Shown piece by piece: positions 53,301-60,694 of a stretch of 64,000 nt of DNA. The position numbers and the translations under genes are program-made. The notes below the pieces were generated by a model. It did no database searches and was not told the DNA's origin. It saw nothing but the letters and a program-made list of their open reading frames with translations. The stretch is from Ophelia neglecta (lineage: Eukaryota): contig OZ260662.1 in the NCBI GenBank assembly GCA_965285935.1, forward strand, positions 102,300,001 through 102,364,000, given 5' to 3'. The first letter of the stretch is position 1; every line of letters begins with the position of its first letter.

Positions 53301-56300
53301 CAAAGTAGACATCACCGATTCCTTTAGGACAATACGCATGACAGTGTTCAGGCCAGCTCCTAACATCACACAGGAGCAGAAAGGTAAGTTTGTGCAAGTT
53401 TGTTCTTGAACTAACCTATATCATTGGTTACTTTTAATATGTATTTGCCGATATAATGCAATGTAACACCAAAAGATGCTGATATTAAATTTGACGGAAT
53501 ACAGTTTGAAGCCAGATATTTTGGATTTTGTTAAGATCTACTGTCGAGTTCTTGCCATAAAGAAGAAAGCACTGTAACCACTAACATCAATCGAAATGCG
53601 TTGATTTAGAAATCACAACTAATCATTAACATTCTAATTCAACCATAGCGTGATAAGTGTACTGTCATATGGTGTACATGTTACTGAAGCACTCCCTTCC
53701 CCTTCACACAGACACCTACACACAAATCTTATAGAATCACATAGAAGCCAATTAAAAGGATATTTCCAATAATCGCAGCTCACTTTCTCTTAATAGAACT
53801 ATCACAGTATATAGCTGCTTTTCACCAAATTTCTGCACATCTGTAAGAATATTCTATACATTTTTCCGTTAGGAGAGTGTCTAATTGCCTATACAATGTG
53901 TTTATAAAACGTATAGTAGATAACTGACTATTACATGTTCCACTTTGTTCTGTGGCTACACCCTGAACAGCTTTCTATTGGAGTAAAACAAACCAAAGTA
54001 TGTGTTCAAACCGTTTTTATTTCATTCCACTTTTATATTGGCTCATTTAATGTTGATTATCATCTTCTTTCTATTAAGTTGACTAAGTTTTTGTCACACT
54101 TTGAATTATTTGGTGCTTTGCACTAAGAATATTTGATTCTTTTGTTAGTAAAAATTCTTTTAATTTACGTAAAAATCTTTTATATTTTAATTTCTATCCA
54201 TACAGTCATGTTACTGTTTTAACTTGTTCTCAAATTCATTTGTGCTATAAGTGTCGACAGTGACAAACGATATATCGAAGGTTGCACGATAACTTACGTA
54301 GCTCTTGGGCCCTACTACGAAACACATGTGTGATATTCTTTTTTCTCCTTTTACTTCAGTTATATTACAGGATCTTTTGTTCCATATCCTTTATTCATTT
54401 AAAATAATGGTTGAATCATTTTGTGGCAATGTGATTGTACAGGAAATAAAGGGCATTTTTTCTTCTTTAAACATTGCATCGTCTTCGTGTATAAGGTAGT
54501 TCTTCTTAATTCGCACTGGCTACATGTACATATAACCACTCGCCTAGGCATTAACATCAATTTCTACACAATATTCTATGAAAAGGATAAGAAAGCAAGT
54601 ACATGTACATGTATGTAGTTGCACTGCATGGTTTAAACATTAAAAAACACTAAATAACTTTCTGCATAATCTAAGTATTAATATATGATTGTGTGAATTT
54701 TGTTCTGAATCACTGGTGGTTTATATGTTCTATCTATTAGTGCATTTGAGCAGGGGTTTTGAACTAAAAGTAAATGTACAACTATTTGACTCTTTATGAT
54801 GCATAGTTTTCAATCAATTTATTTTTTTTTTGTAATAAGTTCATTTTGTAAGGAAATACTTCAGACTATTCTGCTAATTTCTGATCATTTTAATTGGTGT
54901 TTCTTTTGGTTCTTCTTTAATGTGAAGCATTAAAAATTTCGATCAGCATATATGTTGCCTGTATATTGCAATAGTACGTCTCTTGATGCATCACCAATCC
55001 TACAATCCATAGTAGGTTTTTGTTGCTGTTGATGCCAACACTGTTGTTTTGGTTCATTGTTCGTCTTTTTAAAGATTCTGATGTGAACTATGAAGGCAAG
55101 GGAGAAACTGAGATGACAATATTCACTCCATTCATTGCCGTACTGTGTGTGATTATCAGCTTCCTGGCTATACTACTTTTTATTGGTTTCATCACGGATT
55201 CAGGTAAGATGAACATTCCAGTACACGACAAATGTCAATGCACTTGCTTTGAATACTGTCCTAAGAATATCTACAATTTTCACCACGTGGAGCTCAACCG
55301 GACATATTAATTCATATTAATTGACGATAGGCTGATTGTGTCATAATATATTCTTGCTTTGTTTCATGTTAGAAACCATGATTTCTATTTTCTATCATAA
55401 AGTCATCAATTTTGTGACCATGTTCAGGCAAGAAGAGTAAGAAGAGTGACAACAAAGTTCATTCCCAGCATCTCCTGTTTGTGGTGTGCTTTGTTACGTT
55501 CCGAGCTGCCTACTCCATCATCCTAACATTCACAGTACTACTTCTGCTGATCAGACATGTCAACAGGCATGTGTATCTTATGTTTAGAAATTATGGCATA
55601 TAAAAATATATAGAAAACTATTGAAGTTGTTGTTTTTGCTTTTGATCAATGTGGTAGTGATAATGTAACTTTATTAAATATGCTAATGATTATGTTATAC
55701 AGTTTCATCGTGCTTTAAGTTTCTCAATTTGTTATGCAATTCTATTGCCTTAATTATGTTATTCAGTTTTAATGTTTTATATTTAAGCACAACTTATGCT
55801 TTATCCCACAAACTGTTATTGCTTCGTAGGGAGTCTATTGGGACATTGGTGGAGTTCTCTAGGTATGCTGAAACTGCAGAAAACAACCAGAAGCTAGAGA
55901 TTGACAAGATACAGTCGTTTGTCCTGGATGAACTTATCAGACAAAACGACCAGGCTAACAACACAAAGTTCGAGTGTGAACAGAAACTGCAACAGCTACA
56001 AAGTGTTCTGGAGGATGTGAGTAAACTGGCAATGATTTGATAATATTCCCAGATATTATAAAGCTGCCACTTAACAAATGCGAATTAACGTATAATAGCA
56101 CGTGCTGTTTCAGTTTTGTTTGCATTATGGTGGTGATTTGTTAAAGGTGGGTATGAGTTAAGAGAACCCTGAGTAGTTATGATTCCTGTTGTTCACAAGC
56201 ATCCAGGAAAAATGGAAATCATGATATGTTATAATAACATAATTATTACTTTGTGACATCAGGCTATTAAAATCGAATCTGATTCTTTTATATATATATA

Positions 56301-59300
56301 CTCACTGACAACATTTATATGTGTATAAACACTTTTATGTTTTAGACCAAGCAACAGATGCGTATTGAGAACATTGAGGACAGAATGGTCAGCCAGGTGG
56401 CTCTACAATACACCAAACTGATGATCCTCAACCTTACCAACAGCATGAACATGTTTAAGTGTGTACACTTACAAATAACTACCGATCAAAGGGACCCAAC
56501 AGTGTCTTAATGTCGTTTTTCATCAACATAATGTGTGGTATTACCCAAAAATTACTTACTAGATATAAGATTGTAAAAACAGTGGGCGACTGTATCCCTG
56601 TTTGAGATACATGCACATGAATCTAGACATATGTCATAACGAAAAACCCTTTCCCAATGTTAAGTGGGAAGTAATCACAGTCAAAAATTATTCTGGGAAT
56701 TAATTAAAATATCACAAGCAAGATAATGCCAATTTTCTTGGGGCAGAATATTAATATAAATGACTACTGCATCCTCAAACACTGGAAATATAGCATTGCA
56801 GTGCATTTTACACATTTGACATACACGCAGAGTGAGCATGAGCACTAAATAGGCCACTGAAAACCCCACGAGGTCACAGTATGTCAAACATGAATTTTGT
56901 ATTTTTCTGTACAATTTGGAATGAGCGTTTGGTTTCATTGCCTTCATATCAAATAATGTCAGTGAGCAATATCGTTTGGAGTAAATAAACTCAATATCAA
57001 TTGAATATTTAAGAATTTTGATAGGATACATTTTCTTTGTCCAGTTTATTAACCTCACTTTTGTGTTTTTCAGGCAAGAGTTTACCATTTACTCCCGGAA
57101 AGCTCTTGATAGGTTGACAAGGAGCATTGTACAGACATCGAGTGCTCTTCAGAGTAACAAGTGGCTGGCTGGGGCAAAGATCATCTATGATGTGGTAGCC
57201 AGTAAAAGGGAAGGGCAGGGTATTAAACAATTCCCTGAGTGGGCTGGTATTCAACAGGAGGTCGAAAGACTAGCAGTTGGTGGGTACTACTCTTTTGCAA
57301 ACTACATGCAGGTGTATTTCATTACACCGAATGTAAACATTCAACTCACGTTATAAACATATTGTATTTCAGATTTGTCATTAAAGGAGTTTCCAATGCC
57401 TAACCTGACAGAATATCTTGACATTGATCTGCCAAACTTAAACAAACAGCAAACTAACATACCTAAAATATCAGATATAACACTGCCCAAAAACCAGTGG
57501 TATTATCAATACGAAAGGAAACCCACAGGCCCTCTCAAAGGAGCAAGTGAAAGAAAAAGTCGGGGCTTCAGTGTTCAAGGTGGCGACATCATCAGCTGGC
57601 CATCCCTGTTAGCTATTCTGGTAGTGATAGACCTGGTCTGGTTTATACACAGGATGGCGAGGACGTATACCACAGCAAAAACTATACTCTATGGCTGTCC
57701 ATCTTACATCGACTGCAAAAAAATTGCAGGTAAATGATATGAGAGGTCACTATCGCGTCTAATAAGTCACATCGCCTTTAAAGCATCGGGAGACATCACT
57801 CACCGGTGGATACACAAATATCCAATAAGATTGTATTAAGAAATAAAACGCAGCAAGTTATATGTAACACCACAAAATAAACGAGCAAGTGGTCAACGTA
57901 GTATAAAGAAAAGATTTCCGCCATGGCGATGCTGAACTTTCTGTATTTTTTCATATTTCAAACTATTTTTGTTATATTTTTCATCTTAGGTGGCCGATCA
58001 CCAGAAAGAACCGACATTCAGAAATCAATGTCTTCAAAATGTTTTGGTTTCATAAAGGATCTCAATATGAGGGTATGTTTTTAAGTGAAATTATTAGAAA
58101 ATGTGTAAACAACGGAAACACAGTAAAAATAGGTTATTTTACCGTCACCTCTATCTGCATTTTTCAGGTGATGAAGACAGAGTTTGTTCCTAAGTTGGTA
58201 GCCACAGCCACGACATGTTGTGCTTTATATTTAATACTGACTGCATCTAACAAGCTTATGTCCGTCAAAACACTGGCTTCAATTGGATACTTTGAGTCTA
58301 TGGTAGGGTTGTTTGCGTTAGAGCGAAAAGGCTTTATCTGTAGATAAATAAACTGTGAATTTTAAGTGCCATTTGTTGATACATATTGTGTTATTTCCCT
58401 ACGTTTCCCTTTACCTTGTTTTGATAATAATGATTGGGATTCAACGTATAAATAATATATACCCTTGTTCATGTAGGTTGCCCCAGTCGAAACAAGCTAC
58501 CGTCTTGCTCGAACCAGGATAAAAACCAATGTCTACCGCATCAATAAGTTTGAGTATCCATTTTATGAGGAACTGGTTAATGTTCGCACCAAACGTTACC
58601 AACTAATGTTAGAGATGTATTCAGAACTACAGATAAGTAATAACCTTCTACACGACTCAGAGTACTGTGCATGGAAGAAGCTGCTGAACCCTGAAGAGAC
58701 CTGCAACTGTACTTCAGCAAAGAGTGCTAAACTCAATTTTAATGGGTGTGCATTGCCCCCAGTCACCCCAATGGCGTACCAAAAGTAAGTCATTTACAGA
58801 AAGCTGTCAAGAGAAAGAAAGGCTCATTGAAATGCTTAAAAAGTGTTTTTATAGTTATTTAAGTTCCCACTAGTGTCGGCTGAACTGTCTTGTACATTGA
58901 TGTACACATAGCATCAGCTACTACTGACTGTCATTTTTGGCATCCCTATTTTATCAGCCCATTTATTAAAATATAAGAAGTTGCTTCTTGGTACAAATAT
59001 CTAACAAATTATTGCCATTACAGAAAGGATTTTGGCTTATATCGTGAGACGTTGGCCCGCTCTATGATTCCTTACATCAATGCCAGCCGTCAAATTGTTA
59101 TGGACACTTGTCATTTGGTGCTTATATTTGTGGCAGTTTTGGTTCTTGTAAATGCTCTTGGTACTGTTACATGGATCTACCTTAAGAGGTCAGGATAATA
59201 CCTCTTTGTGTGTTTATTGATATATTGCTAAAGGATATAACAATGCACCATATAGTCGATTGGTTATAAGTATATTGAAGAAGTGTTCTATATTTGAAAA

Positions 59301-59411
59301 TACATGAAAATATATTAATGGATTTTCCTTTTAATCAGGTTTAATCTACTAAGACTGAAGCCAATGTTTGAGATGGAACATCACCCAGCTCCAATAGTAA
59401 ACCACACCTGA
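1251..59411 (+). CDS. 25-exon gene (5' incomplete) encoding a ~1440-aa uncharacterised EGF/cbEGF/3xTNFR-Cys ectodomain, 5-TM membrane protein
   Basis: Exons joined manually with AG/GT (one possible GC) boundaries. All 24 junctions are phase-compatible with no internal stop; TGA at 59409-59411. Confidence 0.88.
1824..1961 (+). CDS. Exon 2: EGF-like domain ([32 protein letters not shown])
   Basis: tttcag acceptor, G|GTATGT donor, 6 Cys with C-x-C-x2-GY; phase 1-1. Confidence 0.92.
3046..3206. mobile_element. MITE family B (TA target)
   Basis: Perfect 22-bp TIR CAGTGGTCCCTGCGATGTAGGG, flanked by TA on both sides. Confidence 0.9.
3272..3397 (+). CDS. Exon 3: calcium-binding EGF domain ([42 protein letters not shown])
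   Basis: DIDEC and C-x-N-T-x-G-S-Y-x-C-x-C consensus; ttag acceptor, G|GTTAGT donor; phase 1-1; not in the ORF track. Confidence 0.95.
3880..4215 (+). mobile_element. Possible ancient SINE remnant (Deu/Nin-like core)
   Basis: Degenerate motifs GGGTACAAATTGGGTA and GCTTACCAGGGAGTCAAGATAG; resemblance is from memory only. Confidence 0.3.
5150..5460 (+). repeat. Dispersed repeat, copy 1 (related to 8080-8410)
   Basis: Shared ...TCTCTCC(T/A)GCT(A/G)AGATCAAT...AAAAACAGCCT...GCATGCA segment. Confidence 0.6.
5950..6195. repeat. Degenerate tandem repeat (TAGT..ATGCTAGTGAACAATA core)
   Basis: About 6 diverged units. Confidence 0.55.
7687..7815 (-). mobile_element. MITE family A, reverse, truncated
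   Basis: Reverse complement of the right half of 886-1063. Confidence 0.8.
8080..8410 (+). repeat. Dispersed repeat, copy 2 (related to 5150-5460)
   Basis: See copy 1. Confidence 0.6.
8924..9101 (+). mobile_element. MITE family A, full length
   Basis: TA-CACTGAAACCTG...CAGGTTTCACTG-TA. Confidence 0.88.
13033..13500 (-). mobile_element. 3' end of a non-LTR retrotransposon (I-group/Nimb-like)
   Basis: Minus-strand peptide [33 protein letters not shown] (13440-13339) resembles the ORF2 C-terminus of RNase H-bearing LINEs; followed by a 3' UTR and an (AAATCC)n tail. Confidence 0.65.
14264..14533. mobile_element. Probable hAT-like MITE with ACTAG subterminal repeats
   Basis: CAGTCTG...CAGACTG termini and many ACTAG(T/C) motifs. 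Confidence 0.45.
15157..15560 (+). pseudogene. Decayed Penelope-like reverse transcriptase fragment
   Basis: [35 protein letters not shown] matches the Penelope RT motif Q-x2-GIPMGTNCAPLLADLFL; downstream IDYLFKFNN...EIYP remnant. Confidence 0.75.
17862..17936 (+). CDS. Exon 4: TNFR-type Cys repeat 1 ([25 protein letters not shown])
   Basis: 75 nt, phase 1-1, acag / G|GTAGGT; C-x3-C-x2-G-x-Y-x4-C-x7-C. Confidence 0.9.
18007..18680. repeat. Local duplication (18007.. and 18449..) containing a 62-bp tandem repeat
   Basis: 62-bp unit GCAAGCCTGGTCACATGACTATATAACCTTCTGG..., about 4.5 copies in block 1 and about 1.5 in block 2. Confidence 0.9.
19510..19600. promoter_or_regulatory. ETS/CCAAT/GATA motif cluster (candidate enhancer or promoter)
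   Basis: CAGGAAGT 19531, CAGGAAGC 19546, CAGGAAGT 19578, CTTCCGG 19594, CCAAT 19560, AGATAA 19517. Confidence 0.35.
20389..20498 (+). mobile_element. MITE family A, internally deleted
   Basis: Both termini present, 110 bp. Confidence 0.8.
20535..20865 (-). mobile_element. tRNA-derived SINE (family S1)
   Basis: B-box GGTTCGAACC and A-box-like head on the minus strand; 14-bp TSD GCCAT(G/T)TTCTTAGT at 20521 and 20866. Confidence 0.9.
21351..22050. repeat. Hairpin-bearing minisatellite: 57-bp units followed by inverted 40-bp units
   Basis: Periods measured 21353 to 21410 and 21870 to 21910. Confidence 0.92.
22229..22340. repeat. 38-bp tandem repeat x3
   Basis: GGGGATTGATGTTTGTGGGCCAGCAGCTGGTGGTTCCA. 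Confidence 0.9.
22550..22726 (+). mobile_element. Diverged TA-target MITE related to families A/B
   Basis: TA-CAGTACAACCTG...CAGATTTCACTG-TA. Confidence 0.7.
22741..22795 (+). mobile_element. Short 3'-terminal fragment of the LINE family at 13033
   Basis: Reverse-complement similarity to 13033-13096. Confidence 0.6.
22828..23235. mobile_element. Inverted-repeat-bounded element
   Basis: 15-bp perfect IR CATCCTGGCACTAGT (22841) / ACTAGTGCCAGGATG (23205), extendable with mismatches. Confidence 0.5.
23287..23329. repeat. (ATT)n microsatellite
   Basis: About 14 units. Confidence 0.95.
23625..23805. repeat. 18-bp tandem repeat x~10
   Basis: AAGATATGTAATAAGG(C/T)T. Confidence 0.9.
25572..25749 (+). 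mobile_element. MITE family A, full length
   Basis: Both TIRs, TA flanks. Confidence 0.9.
25819..25995 (+). mobile_element. MITE family A
   Basis: Left TIR intact, right TIR degenerate. Confidence 0.85.
26679..26861 (-). mobile_element. MITE family A, reverse
   Basis: Ends GTGGTCTTTAAGGCAGGTTTCACTG. Confidence 0.85.
27290..27835. repeat. 39-bp minisatellite x~14
   Basis: GAGGATTGATGTTTGTGGGCCTGCAGATGACAGGGAACT, with a homogenised block of about 4 units near the start. Confidence 0.92.
30633..30964 (-). mobile_element. tRNA-derived SINE (family S1)
   Basis: 11-bp TSD AATGGAGAATG (30622, 30965), (AAC)n tail, empty site present in the duplicate arm. Confidence 0.95.
31274..31653 (+). mobile_element. 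5'-truncated LINE 3' UTR (L2/CR1-like) with AATAAA and (TTCA)n tail
   Basis: T-rich UTR, stem-loop-like segment, AATAAA then 7 TTCA units. Confidence 0.65.
32725..32772 (+). mobile_element. SINE/LINE 3' tail fragment related to the S1 tail
   Basis: CGATATGACC...AAGTGTTGAAAG..ACGTTAAAAC. Confidence 0.55.
34618..34932 (+). mobile_element. tRNA-derived SINE (family S1)
   Basis: Head TGGCCGGGTGG...GGTTCAAATCC, (CAAC)n tail, 9-bp TSD ACCTTGCAC. Confidence 0.92.
45456..45530 (+). CDS. Exon 5: TNFR-type Cys repeat 2 ([25 protein letters not shown])
   Basis: 75 nt, phase 1-1, ttcttcag / C|GTGAGT. Confidence 0.92.
46624..46698 (+). CDS. Exon 6: TNFR-type Cys repeat 3 ([25 protein letters not shown])
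   Basis: 75 nt, phase 1-1, gtcttcag / C|GTAAGT. Confidence 0.92.
47373..47596 (+). mobile_element. SINE family S1, 5'-truncated
   Basis: Core GTCAGTATAATGTGACTGGGTGGGG, (AAC)n tail. Confidence 0.9.
48550..48690 (+). CDS. Exon 7 ([18 protein letters not shown]...LNLNR)
   Basis: gattag / AG|GTAACA, 141 nt open, phase 1-1. Confidence 0.8.
48680..49620. repeat. 32-bp minisatellite: homogeneous core 49035-49395 (~11 units) with degenerate flanks
   Basis: GTG(A/T)CAACAGTGGTTAAACAGTCAGTCCAAAC. Confidence 0.9.
49881..50059 (+). CDS. Exon 8 ([15 protein letters not shown]...[18 protein letters not shown])
   Basis: acag / CAG|GTAAAA; phase 1-0. Confidence 0.9.
50126..50302 (+). mobile_element. MITE family A
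   Basis: TA-CAGTGGAACTTGCCTTAAAGACCACC...CAAGTTTCAC. Confidence 0.87.
50619..50872 (+). CDS. Exon 9 ([21 protein letters not shown]...FVDKEV)
   Basis: ttttgtag / AA|GTAAGT; open frame; phase 0-2. Confidence 0.9.
51130..51342 (+). CDS. Exon 10: Cys-rich ([12 protein letters not shown]...[32 protein letters not shown])
   Basis: catag / AG|GTTATT; phase 2-2. Confidence 0.9.
51540..51749 (+). CDS. Exon 11 ([15 protein letters not shown]...EKAKDV)
   Basis: ttcag / GT|GTAAGT; phase 2-2. Confidence 0.9.
51885..52081 (+). CDS. Exon 12 ([18 protein letters not shown]...[10 protein letters not shown])
   Basis: ttgcag / A|GTAAGT; phase 2-1. Confidence 0.9.
52394..52705 (+). CDS. Exon 13 ([10 protein letters not shown]...VSGQLQKCP)
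   Basis: gacag / G|GTAAGT; phase 1-1. Confidence 0.9.
53159..53383 (+). CDS. Exon 14 ([11 protein letters not shown]...[10 protein letters not shown])
   Basis: gttag / G|GTAAGT; phase 1-1. Confidence 0.9.
55075..55203 (+). CDS. Exon 15: stalk and TM1 ([25 protein letters not shown])
   Basis: tttttaaag / G|GTAAGA; phase 1-1. Confidence 0.9.
55428..55566 (+). CDS. Exon 16: basic loop and TM2 ([47 protein letters not shown])
   Basis: ttcag acceptor; donor is either AG|GCATGT (exon ends 55566) or GT|GTATCT (ends 55572), both phase 2. Confidence 0.85.
55830..56016 (+). CDS. Exon 17: helical extracellular loop 1
   Basis: cgtag / GAT|GTGAGT; phase 2-0. Confidence 0.9.
56346..56458 (+). CDS. Exon 18 ([37 protein letters not shown])
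   Basis: tttag / AA|GTGTGT (weak donor); phase 0-2 fits both neighbours. Confidence 0.82.
57074..57279 (+). CDS. Exon 19 (QEFTIYSRK...[11 protein letters not shown]...[16 protein letters not shown])
   Basis: ttttcag / G|GTGGGT; phase 2-1. Confidence 0.87.
57373..57729 (+). CDS. Exon 20: end of loop 1, TM3 ([24 protein letters not shown])
   Basis: tttcag / G|GTAAAT; phase 1-1. Confidence 0.9.
57990..58072 (+). CDS. Exon 21: cytoplasmic loop ([28 protein letters not shown])
   Basis: cttag / AGG|GTATGT; phase 1-0. Confidence 0.87.
58168..58302 (+). CDS. Exon 22: TM4 ([28 protein letters not shown]...)
   Basis: ttttcag / ATG|GTAGGG; phase 0-0. Confidence 0.9.
58477..58784 (+). CDS. Exon 23: extracellular loop 2 ([10 protein letters not shown]...[12 protein letters not shown])
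   Basis: tgtag / AA|GTAAGT; phase 0-2. Confidence 0.9.
59024..59188 (+). CDS. Exon 24: TM5 ([26 protein letters not shown])
   Basis: tacag / AG|GTCAGG; phase 2-2. Confidence 0.9.
59339..59411 (+). CDS. Exon 25: short C-terminal tail ([24 protein letters not shown])
   Basis: aatcag acceptor, phase 2, TGA at 59409-59411. Confidence 0.85.
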
Positions 59412-60366
59412 TTGTTGCATGGATATTTGTATATTGAGTTCTTGGTCTTAGAGCGCATCATGCACACTTGATAATTGTGACGCTGAAACACAGGACCATT
59501 AGTAAGTGTTGTCATTAAAGACAACATGAAGACAGTTGGCAAGCACATTAGGGACATGGCATCGATTGACTGTAGATGTAGTTAACACCATCTTTAAGTT
59601 TTCACATCTGACGCTAGCCCCGTTCACGTTACAACCCAATGTGCATACGTAAAGAACTACAGACACATGGATCAAGCCAGTGCATCCTCAGTATGAACTT
59701 GATTGTGGTTTTCATTGGGATAACAGTGTATTGGAGAATCTCCGTTTTTTAGTATTGTCGATGTACACCCATAGTTAGTACAACAAACAGATCTCATATT
59801 ATACACTGCCCATTGGCAGTATTTTTTTATGGTTAAAACAGTTATGGTATAACAGAAAGATGCTTAGCAGCGTTTATGAGAGATAGTGTGAAGATCTGTA
59901 CTGGTTTTTTTTATATAATATGTAGTAATACCCTTAACTTAAATAATAATTGAATATTCAAATTTTGCTCCTGCTCTGTTTGACAGAATATCCAATCCTT
60001 TGGTATTATTTTATTTAGCTATTACAGTGACTGCATTACTGCAATTTTTTTTTAACTGTATTACACAGTATGATAGAATGCAGGAATGCATTATTCCACG
60101 TGATTAATCAGTACTGTTATTATGATAGAAATATGTGTTATATGACTGTTGGAAGGCTTTAGGTATCACAAAAAGTTTCGCTCATTTCAAGTTGGCGCTT
60201 TCCAGTGCTTCCATGGGAGTCATTTTTCATAAGATAGCTGTTATATACCATTTGGAAATGAAGACTTTTATATTCTTTCCAACTATTATTACTGCATGAT
60301 AACGACCGGATTGGGTCATAAGTCATATTATGAAGTCAATTTGTTTTAATTCCAATATTTATTATG

Positions 60367-60694
60367 AATAAAATCAACATTCCAAAGAATTTAGACAGAC
60401 AAATCTAATACATTCTCATCGCATGTACTGAATTAAACGCATAGCGTGTATTGCAAGGAGAGCAAAGTCTACTTTATGTACATGAAAGTATATCTATCTA
60501 AGTGTGCTTCTTTTACAAAGCTATACATATTATCCTGATTGGAGTTAAATATCTCGATTACTACTGTGTATGAAATGTGTCTGAATATTTATCTAAATAA
60601 ATTCGTATCTGAAATTGAATGATTTTTGTCAGTATAGTCTTGTCAAGTTGTCATTTCAAACAATTTAATTTTCTTAGTTCTCTATGTTAATAAA
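60367..60694 (+). terminator. Candidate polyadenylation signals (AATAAA at 60367, 60596, 60689)
   Basis: Hexamers about 1-1.3 kb after the stop, some followed by T/GT-rich sequence; which one is used is unknown. Confidence 0.4.
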
